DNA from: Escherichia phage vB_vPM_PD112
Strand: one strand, 5' to 3'
DNA length: 64,000 bases
Sequence record: NC_054928.1
Shown: piece after piece, positions 48,722 through 58,021 of the stretch
How the letters are laid out: every line of letters begins with the position of its first letter
Position numbering within the stretch: the first letter of the stretch is position 1
Translations under genes and position numbers: made by a program
Notes under the pieces: model-generated
The model's database searches: none
What the model saw: only the letters and a program-made list of their open reading frames with translations
Told to the model about the DNA's origin: nothing

Positions 48722-49004
48722 GAGAAATAATTCCTTGATAAGCCCAGTATGGCGGGTTAACAGAATCATCGCCAGAATTTTCTTCAGGAAAATAAACCTG
48801 GATAACAAATCCAGATGCATCAAAGGTAAAATAAACCGTAGGCAGTTCACCTAACAATTCAGCACGAGCATTAATTTCTTCGAGATCTCGTTCACGTCCA
48901 GCCCAAAAACTAGGATTTAGACTACATTCATAGAAATAATAGTCATTACCGAACATATCAAAACCCTTCCAACTCTCTACCACATATCGCTCAAAACTAA
49001 TCAT
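48693..49004 (-). CDS. hypothetical protein, 103 aa
   Basis: Track ORF, ATG start; its 3-prime end overlaps the redoxin ORF. Confidence 0.5.
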   Translation of the reverse strand: MISFERYVVESWKGFDMFGNDYYFYECSLNPSFWAGRERDLEEINARAELLGELPTVYFTFDASGFVIQVYFPEENSGDDSVNPPYWAYQGIISRGTKLELKE

Positions 49005-49006
49005 AA

Positions 49007-49222
49007 TTAGGCCTTTTTATCAAGAACAGCATTTAGTTTGTTAGTAATTTTATCCAGACGCTCATTGAACTCGCTAGAAGATAGTCCTTTTTCTGGAGAA
49101 ATTAAGCTAATCACGAAAAATATAGCAATAAAAGGAATAAGAAAAATAGCACCAACTGCCATAAACAAAAAGAACGTTACAGTTGTAAGAAAATCAGCTA
49201 AACCTTTACGAAATTTATACAT
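49007..49222 (-). CDS. small membrane protein, 71 aa
   Basis: Track ORF, ATG start; one long hydrophobic span. Confidence 0.5.
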   Translation of the reverse strand: MYKFRKGLADFLTTVTFFLFMAVGAIFLIPFIAIFFVISLISPEKGLSSSEFNERLDKITNKLNAVLDKKA

Positions 49223-49337
49223 ATTTTACCCTTAATTGATTAACCAAGCATTGATAAGCACTAAACTATACTGTGAATAAAATTCTGGACCAAAATGAAA
49301 AATCATATCATTTATAGTATCCATAATGTAATTCAAT

Positions 49338-49808
49338 TTAATCATGTTTCCACACCCCATCGGTATTTGACCAAAGTCGCTGATTATCTGATCCTCGCCA
49401 CAGCTTTTTGGTCGGAAGATTTTTCTCATACTTCCCATCAATAATAACATCAACATATTTAAGCATTTCTAGTTGTTTAATATCTTCAAACTTATATCCT
49501 GTCCACAACCAAATGCTTTTATTGGGATAAAGATTTTTTACTGTTTGAACAATGCAATGAACATCATCTCGGTTATCAGGATAAAGAGGGTCTCCTCCAG
49601 TTATAGTTAATCCTTCTATATAATCATTATTCAAACATTCAATTAATTGTTCTAGTGTTTCACCAGTGAATGGAACGCCATTTCTAGCATTCCATGTTGA
49701 TTTATTATAACACCCTTCACATTTATGCAAACACCCCGTAACGAAAAGAACGACCCTGCATCCAGGGCCATTTACAAAGCAGCACGGGTATATTCTGTCA
49801 TAATTCAT
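49338..49808 (-). CDS. nrdG: anaerobic ribonucleotide reductase activase (radical SAM)
   Basis: 156 aa from ATG (track adds a TTG extension); CxxxCxxC in GCLHKCEGCYN. Confidence 0.9.
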   Translation of the reverse strand: MNYDRIYPCCFVNGPGCRVVLFVTGCLHKCEGCYNKSTWNARNGVPFTGETLEQLIECLNNDYIEGLTITGGDPLYPDNRDDVHCIVQTVKNLYPNKSIWLWTGYKFEDIKQLEMLKYVDVIIDGKYEKNLPTKKLWRGSDNQRLWSNTDGVWKHD

Positions 49809-50047
49809 AATAATATCCAATTTTTCCAAGCTTCATCAGTAGAATTACAGCGTTTTAGTATAAGATGTCTAGAAACTTTTATGGCATTTGAGCACTTTTT
49901 AATTGAATCATATTTTAATAAAGCGGCACGAATCAATGTTCCTGACCCCATATAACCGTCATTTATGTTATCGGTGCTATGCGCACCGATATATTCCTTT
50001 GAATTAATTATATTTGTTATTTTATAAATTATATAATACCTATGCAT
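49805..50047 (-). pseudogene. truncated GIY-YIG homing endonuclease remnant, 80 aa
   Basis: YYIIYKITN...KEYIGAHSTDNINDGYMGSGTLI parallels the SegA N-terminus, then ends with no DNA-binding domain. Confidence 0.6.
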
Positions 50048-51857
50048 GTTTTACTCGTTTTACCATTTCTTTCATTTTACCTAAATTCCATGGAACAACG
50101 CTAGGAGTTCCAAGATATCCGCATGTTCTTCTTATGGTGTTCATCTTTTTAGGATCAGTTTCTCCACAAATAGAACAAACAAATCCGTTCTCGGTTGGAG
50201 TCATTTCATGGGTACTTCCACACGTAAAACATTTATCTACTGGCATATTAACGCCAAAATAATCTAAATGTTGTGCAGCATAATCCCATACAGCCTCAAG
50301 GCCTTTTAGGTTATTTTTCATATCAGGAAGTTCAACATAAGAAATGTGACCGCCTGTCGCGATGAAATGATATGGGGCTTCGCGAGAAATCTTTTCAAAT
50401 GGAGTAATATTTTCTTCTACTGAAACGTGGAAACTGTTAGTGTACCAGCCTTTATCAGTAACATCTTTTACACTTCCATATTTTTCGGTATCAAGTTTAC
50501 AGAAGCGATAGCACAGGTTTTCAGCAGGAGTAGAATACAAGCTAAAAGCAAATCCGGTTCTTTCAGTCCACTGCTTAAGATGAGTATTCATTTTAGTTAA
50601 AATTTCTTGTCCAATATCACGACCGACAAGAATATTCAATTCGTGAATACCAATGTATCCTAGGGACACTGAACTTCTACCATTTTTAAATAACTCAATT
50701 ATATCGTCATCAGGTTTAAGACGAACCCCGAATGCACCTTCCTGGTAAAGAATAGGAGCAACAGTAGCTTTAACTCCTTTTAAGGAACTAATTCTACACA
50801 TCAATGCTTCAAAACATAAATCCATTCGTTCATTGAACAATTCGGCAAATTTCTGTTCATTGAACTGTGTTCCAATATAAGAATCTAATGCAATACGAGG
50901 AAGATTCAGTGTTACAACACCAAGATTATTACGTCCATCAAGAATTTCATTACCAGTCGAATCTTTCCATACGCCCAAGAAACTACGGCAACCCATTGGA
51001 GAAACAGGAATAGATGAACCGGTGATAGCTTTATTGTTCTTAGCCGAAATGATGTCAGGATACATTCTTTTGCTTGCGCACTCTAAAGCAAGCTGCTTAA
51101 TATCATAGTTCGGATCGTCTTTATAAAGATTAACACCTTCTTCAACGAACATAACAAGTTTAGGGAAAATAGGAGTTATCCCATCACGACCGAGACCTTT
51201 AATACGATTTTTCAGAATTGCTTTCTGAATCATTCGTTCAGTCCAGTCAGTTCCCGTACCAAATGTAATTGTTACAAAAGGAGTTTGTCCGTTTGAACTA
51301 AAGAGAGTATTTACTTCATATTCATAAGCTTGGAACGCATCGTATACGTCTTTTTCTGTTTTAGATTGGGCATAATTCAACGCATCAGTGATTTGCCATT
51401 TTTCCGCGTCCTCAATATGTTTCGCATAGGTGCGTTTAACATAAGGAGAAAGTACTTTATCTACATTCGCAAAAGTCGTTCCGCCATATTGATGAGAAGC
51501 AACCTGTGCAGTAATTTGTGCCATAATTGCAGTAGCAACGCCAATTGATTTAGGAGTTTCAATCTGTGCATTACCGAGCTTAAATCCGTTCTCAAGCATT
51601 CCTTTTAAATCTACTAAACAGCAATTAGTAAAAGGCAATGATATACTGTAATCTAAATCATGAAAATGAATTAACCCGGCATTATGAGCATTTACAATAT
51701 GGCTTGGAAGAATACTGCAAGCGATATGTTTAGAAACAATACCGGCCATTAAATCTCTTTTTGTTGGAAAGACACGAGAATCTTTGTTGGCGTTTTCGGT
51801 ATTTAATTCTTTATCTTTATTTGAAATAAAATTTAAAACATCTTTCTCTAAAGACAT
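50040..51857 (-). CDS. nrdD: anaerobic ribonucleotide reductase, glycyl-radical enzyme
   Basis: 605 aa uninterrupted ORF; C-terminal glycyl-radical motif RRTCGYLG and zinc ribbon. Confidence 0.95.
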   Translation of the reverse strand: MSLEKDVLNFISNKDKELNTENANKDSRVFPTKRDLMAGIVSKHIACSILPSHIVNAHNAGLIHFHDLDYSISLPFTNCCLVDLKGMLENGFKLGNAQIETPKSIGVATAIMAQITAQVASHQYGGTTFANVDKVLSPYVKRTYAKHIEDAEKWQITDALNYAQSKTEKDVYDAFQAYEYEVNTLFSSNGQTPFVTITFGTGTDWTERMIQKAILKNRIKGLGRDGITPIFPKLVMFVEEGVNLYKDDPNYDIKQLALECASKRMYPDIISAKNNKAITGSSIPVSPMGCRSFLGVWKDSTGNEILDGRNNLGVVTLNLPRIALDSYIGTQFNEQKFAELFNERMDLCFEALMCRISSLKGVKATVAPILYQEGAFGVRLKPDDDIIELFKNGRSSVSLGYIGIHELNILVGRDIGQEILTKMNTHLKQWTERTGFAFSLYSTPAENLCYRFCKLDTEKYGSVKDVTDKGWYTNSFHVSVEENITPFEKISREAPYHFIATGGHISYVELPDMKNNLKGLEAVWDYAAQHLDYFGVNMPVDKCFTCGSTHEMTPTENGFVCSICGETDPKKMNTIRRTCGYLGTPSVVPWNLGKMKEMVKRVKHA

Positions 51858-52669
51858 AATTCTAATTTATCCTTTTGAAATTCTTCGTCTAAATATGGGT
51901 TCCAACCCATTTTAAACCTTTTGATGAAATTATCAATTCTAAATTTCGGTAAGTTTAAATCCGCAAAAATAGATGATTTACTTTTAAAATCTGGACCTAA
52001 ATAATCATATAAAATTTCTGCGTATTTTAACCATAATATATAAGTACCAGATTTAATTGCTCTCGGAGTTTTCCAAGGTTTTACACCATACATCGGATTT
52101 CCACTTCCTTTATGCCTGATAGAAGATGAAATTCCAATTTTAATTTTAGCTTCCTCTGTATGCGAAAATCCATGATGTGGATTTTCTTTCCAGTATTTTT
52201 TAGAAGCTTCTGATATTTTCTTTCTGGCTAAATTAGTATGATGCTTTCCATAAAATCCATGATTTTTACCTTTATTACGATTTCTTTTAATCATGGTTAT
52301 TGATTGCTTTTTTCTAGTTTCTTTAGAAGGAGAAACACCGTATGTTGTAAATTGACCATTAGCATATGCTAAATTAAAATACTCTTTATTCCATATATCT
52401 TTTTCTATATTCTTTTGAAATTCAGCTTCAATGCTAGTTATTTGCTCATCTCCGACTAATTGAAAATATAATATTTCAACTTTCGGCGTTTCTTTCAACA
52501 GGGCTTTTTGAAATTCGGAAGATGACGAAGACGAATAATAAAATTTACCATTTTTATCAATAATATTCGTTCCGTCAAAAGTGCAATTGGTTTTACTTCC
52601 AATATAATAATACGGCGGGGTTTTAGCATTAATTCTACTAATAAATGATAGTTTATATACTACATTCAT
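51848..52669 (-). CDS. Seg-like GIY-YIG homing endonuclease
   Basis: 273 aa; divergent GIY-YIG (VYKLSFI...PYYYIGSK) and two NUMOD-like repeats (GKNHGFYGKHHT, GSGNPMYG); free-standing between nrdD and 49. Confidence 0.65.
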   Translation of the reverse strand: MNVVYKLSFISRINAKTPPYYYIGSKTNCTFDGTNIIDKNGKFYYSSSSSSEFQKALLKETPKVEILYFQLVGDEQITSIEAEFQKNIEKDIWNKEYFNLAYANGQFTTYGVSPSKETRKKQSITMIKRNRNKGKNHGFYGKHHTNLARKKISEASKKYWKENPHHGFSHTEEAKIKIGISSSIRHKGSGNPMYGVKPWKTPRAIKSGTYILWLKYAEILYDYLGPDFKSKSSIFADLNLPKFRIDNFIKRFKMGWNPYLDEEFQKDKLELCL

Positions 52670-53139
52670 TTTAAACTCTTTCTAAGCTGCTTCTTAAATG
52701 AAGCTATTAATTGTGTTTTGGTGTCAGATTCATTATATTCAAATCCTCTTTGAAGCATCTCAGCCATCATTTCCTCTTTTCCTAAACGAGAAAATTCCTT
52801 TGATTTATCTCCAACGAAGTTAGGGTGAATATTATTTTGGGTGTAATCGGATTTTAAATAAGTAAGTAAATTTTCTAACCATTCAAGATAATCAACGCCT
52901 TGTCCCTTTAAGCCAGAACGATTAAATTTGTGTTTCATTTGACCTTCTGCAGCATTACACAGATTACAAAGCAATCCACGTACCTTTCCAGCTTTCGGTC
53001 CATTTAATTCATGGTCATGGTCAAGGTGATTAGCTTGAACATCAGGATTTAGTTCTCGTTGGCAAATTAAGCATTTACCGTTTTGTGCATTATAAAATTT
53101 TTGTTTTTCTTCTTTGTATAATTTGCCAGTCAATAACAT
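52666..53139 (-). CDS. 49: endonuclease VII (Holliday junction resolvase)
   Basis: 157 aa, the T4 gp49 length; zinc-binding CLIC...C...C and His motif. Confidence 0.9.
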   Translation of the reverse strand: MLLTGKLYKEEKQKFYNAQNGKCLICQRELNPDVQANHLDHDHELNGPKAGKVRGLLCNLCNAAEGQMKHKFNRSGLKGQGVDYLEWLENLLTYLKSDYTQNNIHPNFVGDKSKEFSRLGKEEMMAEMLQRGFEYNESDTKTQLIASFKKQLRKSLK

Positions 53140-53181
53140 AATAAAACCCTTACCTTGAATAGATAAGGGTATTTATTATTT

Positions 53182-53358
53182 TCAAGTATTGTAAAACATT
53201 CGATGCAATCGCTTATATTGTCGAATCATCTTTTTAGTAGGACGAGAATAAGTTCCTACACAAGTGGTCATATTAGGGTCAGTAGGACTTCCTTTAATAA
53301 AAAGTTTCCAGACTTTACCACCATTTAACTTTTCAGTATAAATCAATTCAGTTTTCAT
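53182..53358 (-). CDS. small protein, 58 aa
   Basis: Hand-translated MKTELIYTEKLNGGKVWKLFIKGSPTDPNM...; not in track. Confidence 0.3.
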   Translation of the reverse strand: MKTELIYTEKLNGGKVWKLFIKGSPTDPNMTTCVGTYSRPTKKMIRQYKRLHRMFYNT

Positions 53359-53804
53359 TAAAATGCTCGGTCAGAAAAAGAAATTTGAGTTTCAAGCCAT
53401 TCAATATATTCTGCCGCAGCTTGCATCAAATTTCCTTCATAACCATCGTTATTTTCTTGTGCAGCTAATTTAGCTAATGCATATGAAATACGTTCACCCT
53501 GAAAAGCGGCTTTAGGTTTATGAATAGCTTGATCAACTCGTTCTACGACTTCTTCAATTTCGCCATTTTCTACTGATTCAGTGTTCCACAAGCACCAATA
53601 GGCAGTTGGCTTATCGTAGATGTTAATAATCTTTCCATCAGAAAGTTCAATTTCAATAATTCCAATATCAGGTTCTATATCATCTTCACATTCTTTTACA
53701 AGTTCACGAACTTTAAAGACAGTACCTGCACTAAGTTCCGGCCAGTAATTACACAGCTCTTTATCAGCACGATTAATTCTAAACCACTTATCTACTGCAA
53801 TCAT
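53358..53804 (-). CDS. acidic protein, about 148 aa (possibly pin by position)
   Basis: Track start is TTG, first ATG used; name is from T4 gene order only. Confidence 0.4.
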   Translation of the reverse strand: MIAVDKWFRINRADKELCNYWPELSAGTVFKVRELVKECEDDIEPDIGIIEIELSDGKIINIYDKPTAYWCLWNTESVENGEIEEVVERVDQAIHKPKAAFQGERISYALAKLAAQENNDGYEGNLMQAAAEYIEWLETQISFSDRAF

Positions 53805-53926
53805 GTCCCATCTCCATATCAATTATGTCATTTATTGTAGGTTCATTATATACTGTTTCTTCATCAGTGTAAACCGGTTCTTCCGGCTCTGGCTCTACAG
53901 TTTCCCATCTAACCGCCCACCAAGGT

Positions 53927-54097
53927 TTAACCCCGAAGCTTATTAAGTTCTTCATAATCAATCCAGGATTCTAGTCCTGATGGCAAATCATATTCAATTT
54001 CCCAAAGAAGTTCTTCAATTTTCTGAAGACGATCTAATTCTTCAGCTGGAATAGTAACCATTGACGGAGCTCTTGCTACATTAATATCGTAAATCAT
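53927..54097 (-). CDS. hypothetical protein, about 56 aa
   Basis: Track ORF trimmed from GTG to first ATG, which removes the overlap with the upstream ORF. Confidence 0.4.
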   Translation of the reverse strand: MIYDINVARAPSMVTIPAEELDRLQKIEELLWEIEYDLPSGLESWIDYEELNKLRG

Positions 54098-54099
54098 AT

Positions 54100-54315
54100 T
54101 TACCCCAGTTTGACCATACAATCGCCGTATTTCCACTTAGAAATAGACTTTTCACCGTTAGAATAATAAACTTCGAGTTTAGCACGGTTATTTTTAATTT
54201 GAATAATCTTTGCTGTCATCAAAGTTCCATACCCATAATAAACTGCAACTTCATCACCTACATATACCGCGCTTCCGCGGTAGTCATGGATATAATCAGT
54301 TCCTTCGAGCATCAT
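54100..54315 (-). CDS. hypothetical protein, 71 aa
   Basis: Track ORF, ATG start. Confidence 0.5.
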   Translation of the reverse strand: MMLEGTDYIHDYRGSAVYVGDEVAVYYGYGTLMTAKIIQIKNNRAKLEVYYSNGEKSISKWKYGDCMVKLG

Positions 54316-54575
54316 TTAAAGTATTCCCGCAATTGGTCAAATCCACCAATATGACTTCCATCAGGAGCAAATACTTGTGGCATTGTCAAACCAATTTGAG
54401 TATCACGACCTAGTTTCGTCAGAAGCTCAGCGATTTTCTCATCATCAAAAACACCTTTTTCCGGCATAATATTGATAAATTCAAACGGCTGTTTCTTCAC
54501 AGTCAAAAGACGTTTTGCATTATCGCAATACACACATTTGTGTATGTTGCTATCATAACCATATACTTTAAACAT
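54312..54575 (-). CDS. nrdC: thioredoxin (NrdC)
   Basis: 87 aa with CVYC active site; T4 NrdC length. Confidence 0.85.
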   Translation of the reverse strand: MFKVYGYDSNIHKCVYCDNAKRLLTVKKQPFEFINIMPEKGVFDDEKIAELLTKLGRDTQIGLTMPQVFAPDGSHIGGFDQLREYFK

Positions 54576-54643
54576 ATTATTCCTTAATTCCTAATACTTG
54601 TTTAAAAGTCTCGTCGTAATCAAGACTTTGGCCCGTTTGTTCT

Positions 54644-54817
54644 TTATGTTTGTATAATATCACTTACTTCTGATAGCATATTTTTATATGAACGAGTTAA
54701 AGCTGATTTAAGCACGCTGTATCTATCAGGAAATTTACCATGTTCATTATAATAAGCTATTGCTAATTCACGGACTGCCTTTTCAGCAGTCTCCATATAT
54801 TCTTTACGCTTGGTCAT
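54644..54817 (-). CDS. hypothetical protein, about 57 aa
   Basis: Track ORF trimmed from TTG to first ATG. Confidence 0.4.
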
Positions 54818-55121
54818 TTTCTTCTCGGTTAAATCGGTGTTTGCAATGACGACATTTATATTCAAGCTCTGGTTTACGCCAGTTAATCAATTGGACCTGT
54901 TCAGTACCACATTTTGGGCAGTTCGGAACATTCTTAGAAGCCCTTTCGCGGCGTTCAACCATAACCATAATGGCATCCCAAGCAGGAGGTTTAAAGTCTA
55001 GATCGTCACAGCCATGAATCTTTCCACGCATTTCCAGATCGTCTTCTTCACCAGCCATAATGATTTTAATTAGACTGGAATTACTTGAAGCTGCAATATC
55101 TTCTAATAGACGCTTTTTCAT
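54804..55121 (-). CDS. zinc-finger protein, 105 aa
   Basis: Two CxxC pairs (CPKCGTE, CRHCKH); ATG start. Confidence 0.5.
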
Positions 55122-56044
55122 TTCAATACCTCAATAGCATTACGTAAACCATTTGCTTTTGCATTAAGAGCTTTTAACAATTTGGTATGTTCGGCAATCT
55201 GGACTTCAACTTCAATCAAACGAGCATTGAGATATTCGCGTTCTTCGCTCAAGTTATCAATCTTTTCTACTTTAGGTTCTTTTACAACTGGCTTATATGT
55301 ATTAGGGTTCTTCAGTTTAATTAGAATGCGTGAACTGTATAACATTGAACCATTATCTTCGGTTTCATCATACATTTCCACTACGTCCATCATCTCCACC
55401 ATCGTGCAGAGTTTATAAGACAGCGAACGAATAGTTTTGTTATGCTTATTAATTTCTCTAGCTGTCATGGTGCCGAGATTACGTGAGTAATAATAAGGAA
55501 CCTGGATATTAATTAATACTGATGAACCACCTGGCTTGTGTGTTACTTCATCAGCAATAACCCAGTCCTTAACATGAACTGTATTTGTACGGTCATCGCC
55601 CGCGGTAAATAGTTTACGAGCATGCTTAAAAAGCATATTCACTTGGTCATTGAATTGACAAGCGAATTTATCAGCAAATTTAGTTTCAGGAATGGTAGAT
55701 AACCAATCAGCTAAATGGGTCTTTTTAACATCGTTAACAATAGTAAATTCAACCAAATCGGTTATAGATGTCGCAGTTTTAATGAATCTCGGCTTCATAA
55801 AGTTTTTAATGTTATCGCGAGCTACAGTAGAAGATAACAGACGAGAACGTTTAAACCATTGAAGCAAATTGCCTAACGAATGAGAATAAGCGTTTTGAGT
55901 ATCTTTACAGATATGATTTTCCTGGCCAACATATTGAAGGAAATCACGAAGAATATTATTGATTACTGCTCTGTGCCCAATCTGATAATTACGGTGTTTA
56001 GTAATAAGACTGTCAAAATAATCAATATAATGTTTACGAGTCAT
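55118..56044 (-). CDS. hypothetical protein, about 308 aa, C-terminal coiled coil
   Basis: Track ORF trimmed to ATG MTRKHYID with SD GGAG, downstream of promoter 56073-56101. Confidence 0.5.
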   Translation of the reverse strand: MTRKHYIDYFDSLITKHRNYQIGHRAVINNILRDFLQYVGQENHICKDTQNAYSHSLGNLLQWFKRSRLLSSTVARDNIKNFMKPRFIKTATSITDLVEFTIVNDVKKTHLADWLSTIPETKFADKFACQFNDQVNMLFKHARKLFTAGDDRTNTVHVKDWVIADEVTHKPGGSSVLINIQVPYYYSRNLGTMTAREINKHNKTIRSLSYKLCTMVEMMDVVEMYDETEDNGSMLYSSRILIKLKNPNTYKPVVKEPKVEKIDNLSEEREYLNARLIEVEVQIAEHTKLLKALNAKANGLRNAIEVLK

Positions 56045-56072
56045 ATTAATCTCCTCAGTAGAAAGTAAGAAC

Positions 56073-56101
56073 ATTATACCACATCCTTGCGGCAAAGTAA
56101 A
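56073..56101 (-). promoter_or_regulatory. T4-early-type promoter, near-copy of the one at 10161-10190
   Basis: Minus strand TTTACT (plus 56096-56101), 17 nt, TATAAT (plus 56073-56078); 28 of 30 nt identical to 10161-10190. Confidence 0.7.
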
Positions 56102-57115
56102 CTAGTTCAGTGCATTTAGTGCATTGTTCAGTTTAGAACGTTGCTTCGTGAGATTTTTGACTTTTTCTTGAGCTTTTTCTAACATCTTTTCAGCTTCTAA
56201 CACTTCATTAGTTGCTTTAACGAGTTCATCATCTACTGCCTTAAGAGACTTCTCAATCGCGTCAGCGTGCCATTTTTCTACAGGTTTAAAATTTGAATTT
56301 TCAGTAGGAAGAAAATTCACTTTATTGAATTTCCATGCATTTTTATTACCTGAACTATACATCCAAAATTTAGGATCGTTTGATAAGTAATTGGATAAAT
56401 TTAAATTTAAGTTATCTTGCACTTCCTGCTTTTTCTCTTGCGTGACTTCGTCCTTTCTCAAAAAATCGTATTTAAATGAAACGATCATATCAAGTTCATA
56501 TGTTGTGTCTAAGAAATGCTGTGAAATCTTAGACTGAACAGCGGCAACAACATCCATATACTTAAATGCTTCTGTCAACTGCGATTTAAGGCATTCACAA
56601 ATTGAAAGAGAATTTTTTGTATTAGGTTTAAAGCTAATTCGTGCAGTTCTATTATTTTCTTTTAATGGTCTTACTTCCATCTGAAGAGTATAACCATCAA
56701 ATTTCAGATTCTTTAAGTTAATATCAGAACCTTTCAATCGACTCGCAGTTGATAAAATTTGTTTTAATTGTTTACGGAATAGAGCAATAAATCTCCATTC
56801 AAGACGATAATGATTTGGATTAAAAAATCCTGTTGATAAATCGACCTTACTTTGACCAACGCCTTGAACAAATAGAGGATTTTTATAATCAATAGTTTTA
56901 CAGAAATCGGTGAGCTGCTCACGAGCCGTCATTTGCGTAATATACCCTGCTTCGCTAAAATTACGCACCCATTCACTGCTATTCGTATACTTAAAGTGAT
57001 GAATAACACGATTAACTTTATCAGGGTCTAAATTATTTTCACACAAAAATGTCATAACATCACGAGTATAACTGGCATTACGAACCATATCTTCAATTTG
57101 AGAACGAGTTTTCAT
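56102..57115 (-). CDS. hypothetical protein, 337 aa, C-terminal coiled coil
   Basis: Track ORF, ATG start. Confidence 0.55.
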   Translation of the reverse strand: MKTRSQIEDMVRNASYTRDVMTFLCENNLDPDKVNRVIHHFKYTNSSEWVRNFSEAGYITQMTAREQLTDFCKTIDYKNPLFVQGVGQSKVDLSTGFFNPNHYRLEWRFIALFRKQLKQILSTASRLKGSDINLKNLKFDGYTLQMEVRPLKENNRTARISFKPNTKNSLSICECLKSQLTEAFKYMDVVAAVQSKISQHFLDTTYELDMIVSFKYDFLRKDEVTQEKKQEVQDNLNLNLSNYLSNDPKFWMYSSGNKNAWKFNKVNFLPTENSNFKPVEKWHADAIEKSLKAVDDELVKATNEVLEAEKMLEKAQEKVKNLTKQRSKLNNALNALN

Positions 57116-57123
57116 GGTGTTCC

Positions 57124-58014
57124 TTAAGATTTAAGTAAATCAACAATTTTAATTAACTTTTCACGCTCAGATTTAGCTTTACTACTCAATCCAGATAGTC
57201 TGAAAATTTCATCGTCATATTGTTGAATAGAAATATTCAGCTCTTCAATTTGCTTATTAAAATAATCAATTTGTTCAGAATGTTTTTCGTTACTACGAAC
57301 TGGTACAGGTTTTGTAGGCAATTTAGTTGAACTGGATTCATCCGGGCGATAAATTAAAATACAACTTGAACCAATCGGACATTTAGCACCAGACACATAT
57401 TCTAATGTTCCGGCTTCTTTTAAAACTTCAAAAGCTAAACAGAGATGATGACCCATATTGGCATAATCTGTAGAGTGAGCTCTGATGTAATAATCATCTC
57501 CACGAGTACTAAATTTAAAGCATTTAAGGTCTTCTGTATTATTGGTCTTAAAAATCATTTGTTTATCTAGACCTTTAGCTAATCGAGCGCCTAATGCTAA
57601 TAATCGTCGTTGATTTTCCCACAAATCCGCAATCATTTGGTCAAATGATAATTTCGGCATTAGTCGACCATAAAGGTCATATCCTTTATTATAATTACGA
57701 AGGATTTCACTCGCATTAATACGAGACAACGCTCCAATTTTATTAAGGGCTTTCATAATGCGATTAGATAAACTCATTCCAGACCCGTTTGGTCGCTGTA
57801 AATGTTTTTCTAATCCAAATCCAATATCAACTTTAAACTTATCTAAAATTTCGGCATGAACATCTTTATCAATAACATTCAAATCCAAAGTTGGGTTAAA
57901 TCTATGAAAAAATTTATCTGGCTCTCCACGACGAAATACAGTCCATTCATTCATCATTTTTTTATTAACTAAAGATTTAATTACTGTATTGACATTATTA
58001 ATTACTACTGACAT
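57124..58014 (-). CDS. hypothetical protein, about 296 aa
   Basis: Track start is GTG; first ATG gives MSVVINNV... Confidence 0.5.
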   Translation of the reverse strand: MSVVINNVNTVIKSLVNKKMMNEWTVFRRGEPDKFFHRFNPTLDLNVIDKDVHAEILDKFKVDIGFGLEKHLQRPNGSGMSLSNRIMKALNKIGALSRINASEILRNYNKGYDLYGRLMPKLSFDQMIADLWENQRRLLALGARLAKGLDKQMIFKTNNTEDLKCFKFSTRGDDYYIRAHSTDYANMGHHLCLAFEVLKEAGTLEYVSGAKCPIGSSCILIYRPDESSSTKLPTKPVPVRSNEKHSEQIDYFNKQIEELNISIQQYDDEIFRLSGLSSKAKSEREKLIKIVDLLKS

Positions 58015-58021
58015 ATTTTCC

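Noticed and set aside
49232-49456. 74-aa minus-strand ORF overlapping nrdG
   Set aside because: Alternative frame inside the nrdG coding region.
50040-51857. Possible group I intron in nrdD
   Set aside because: The 605-aa reading frame is continuous, so no intron is present here.
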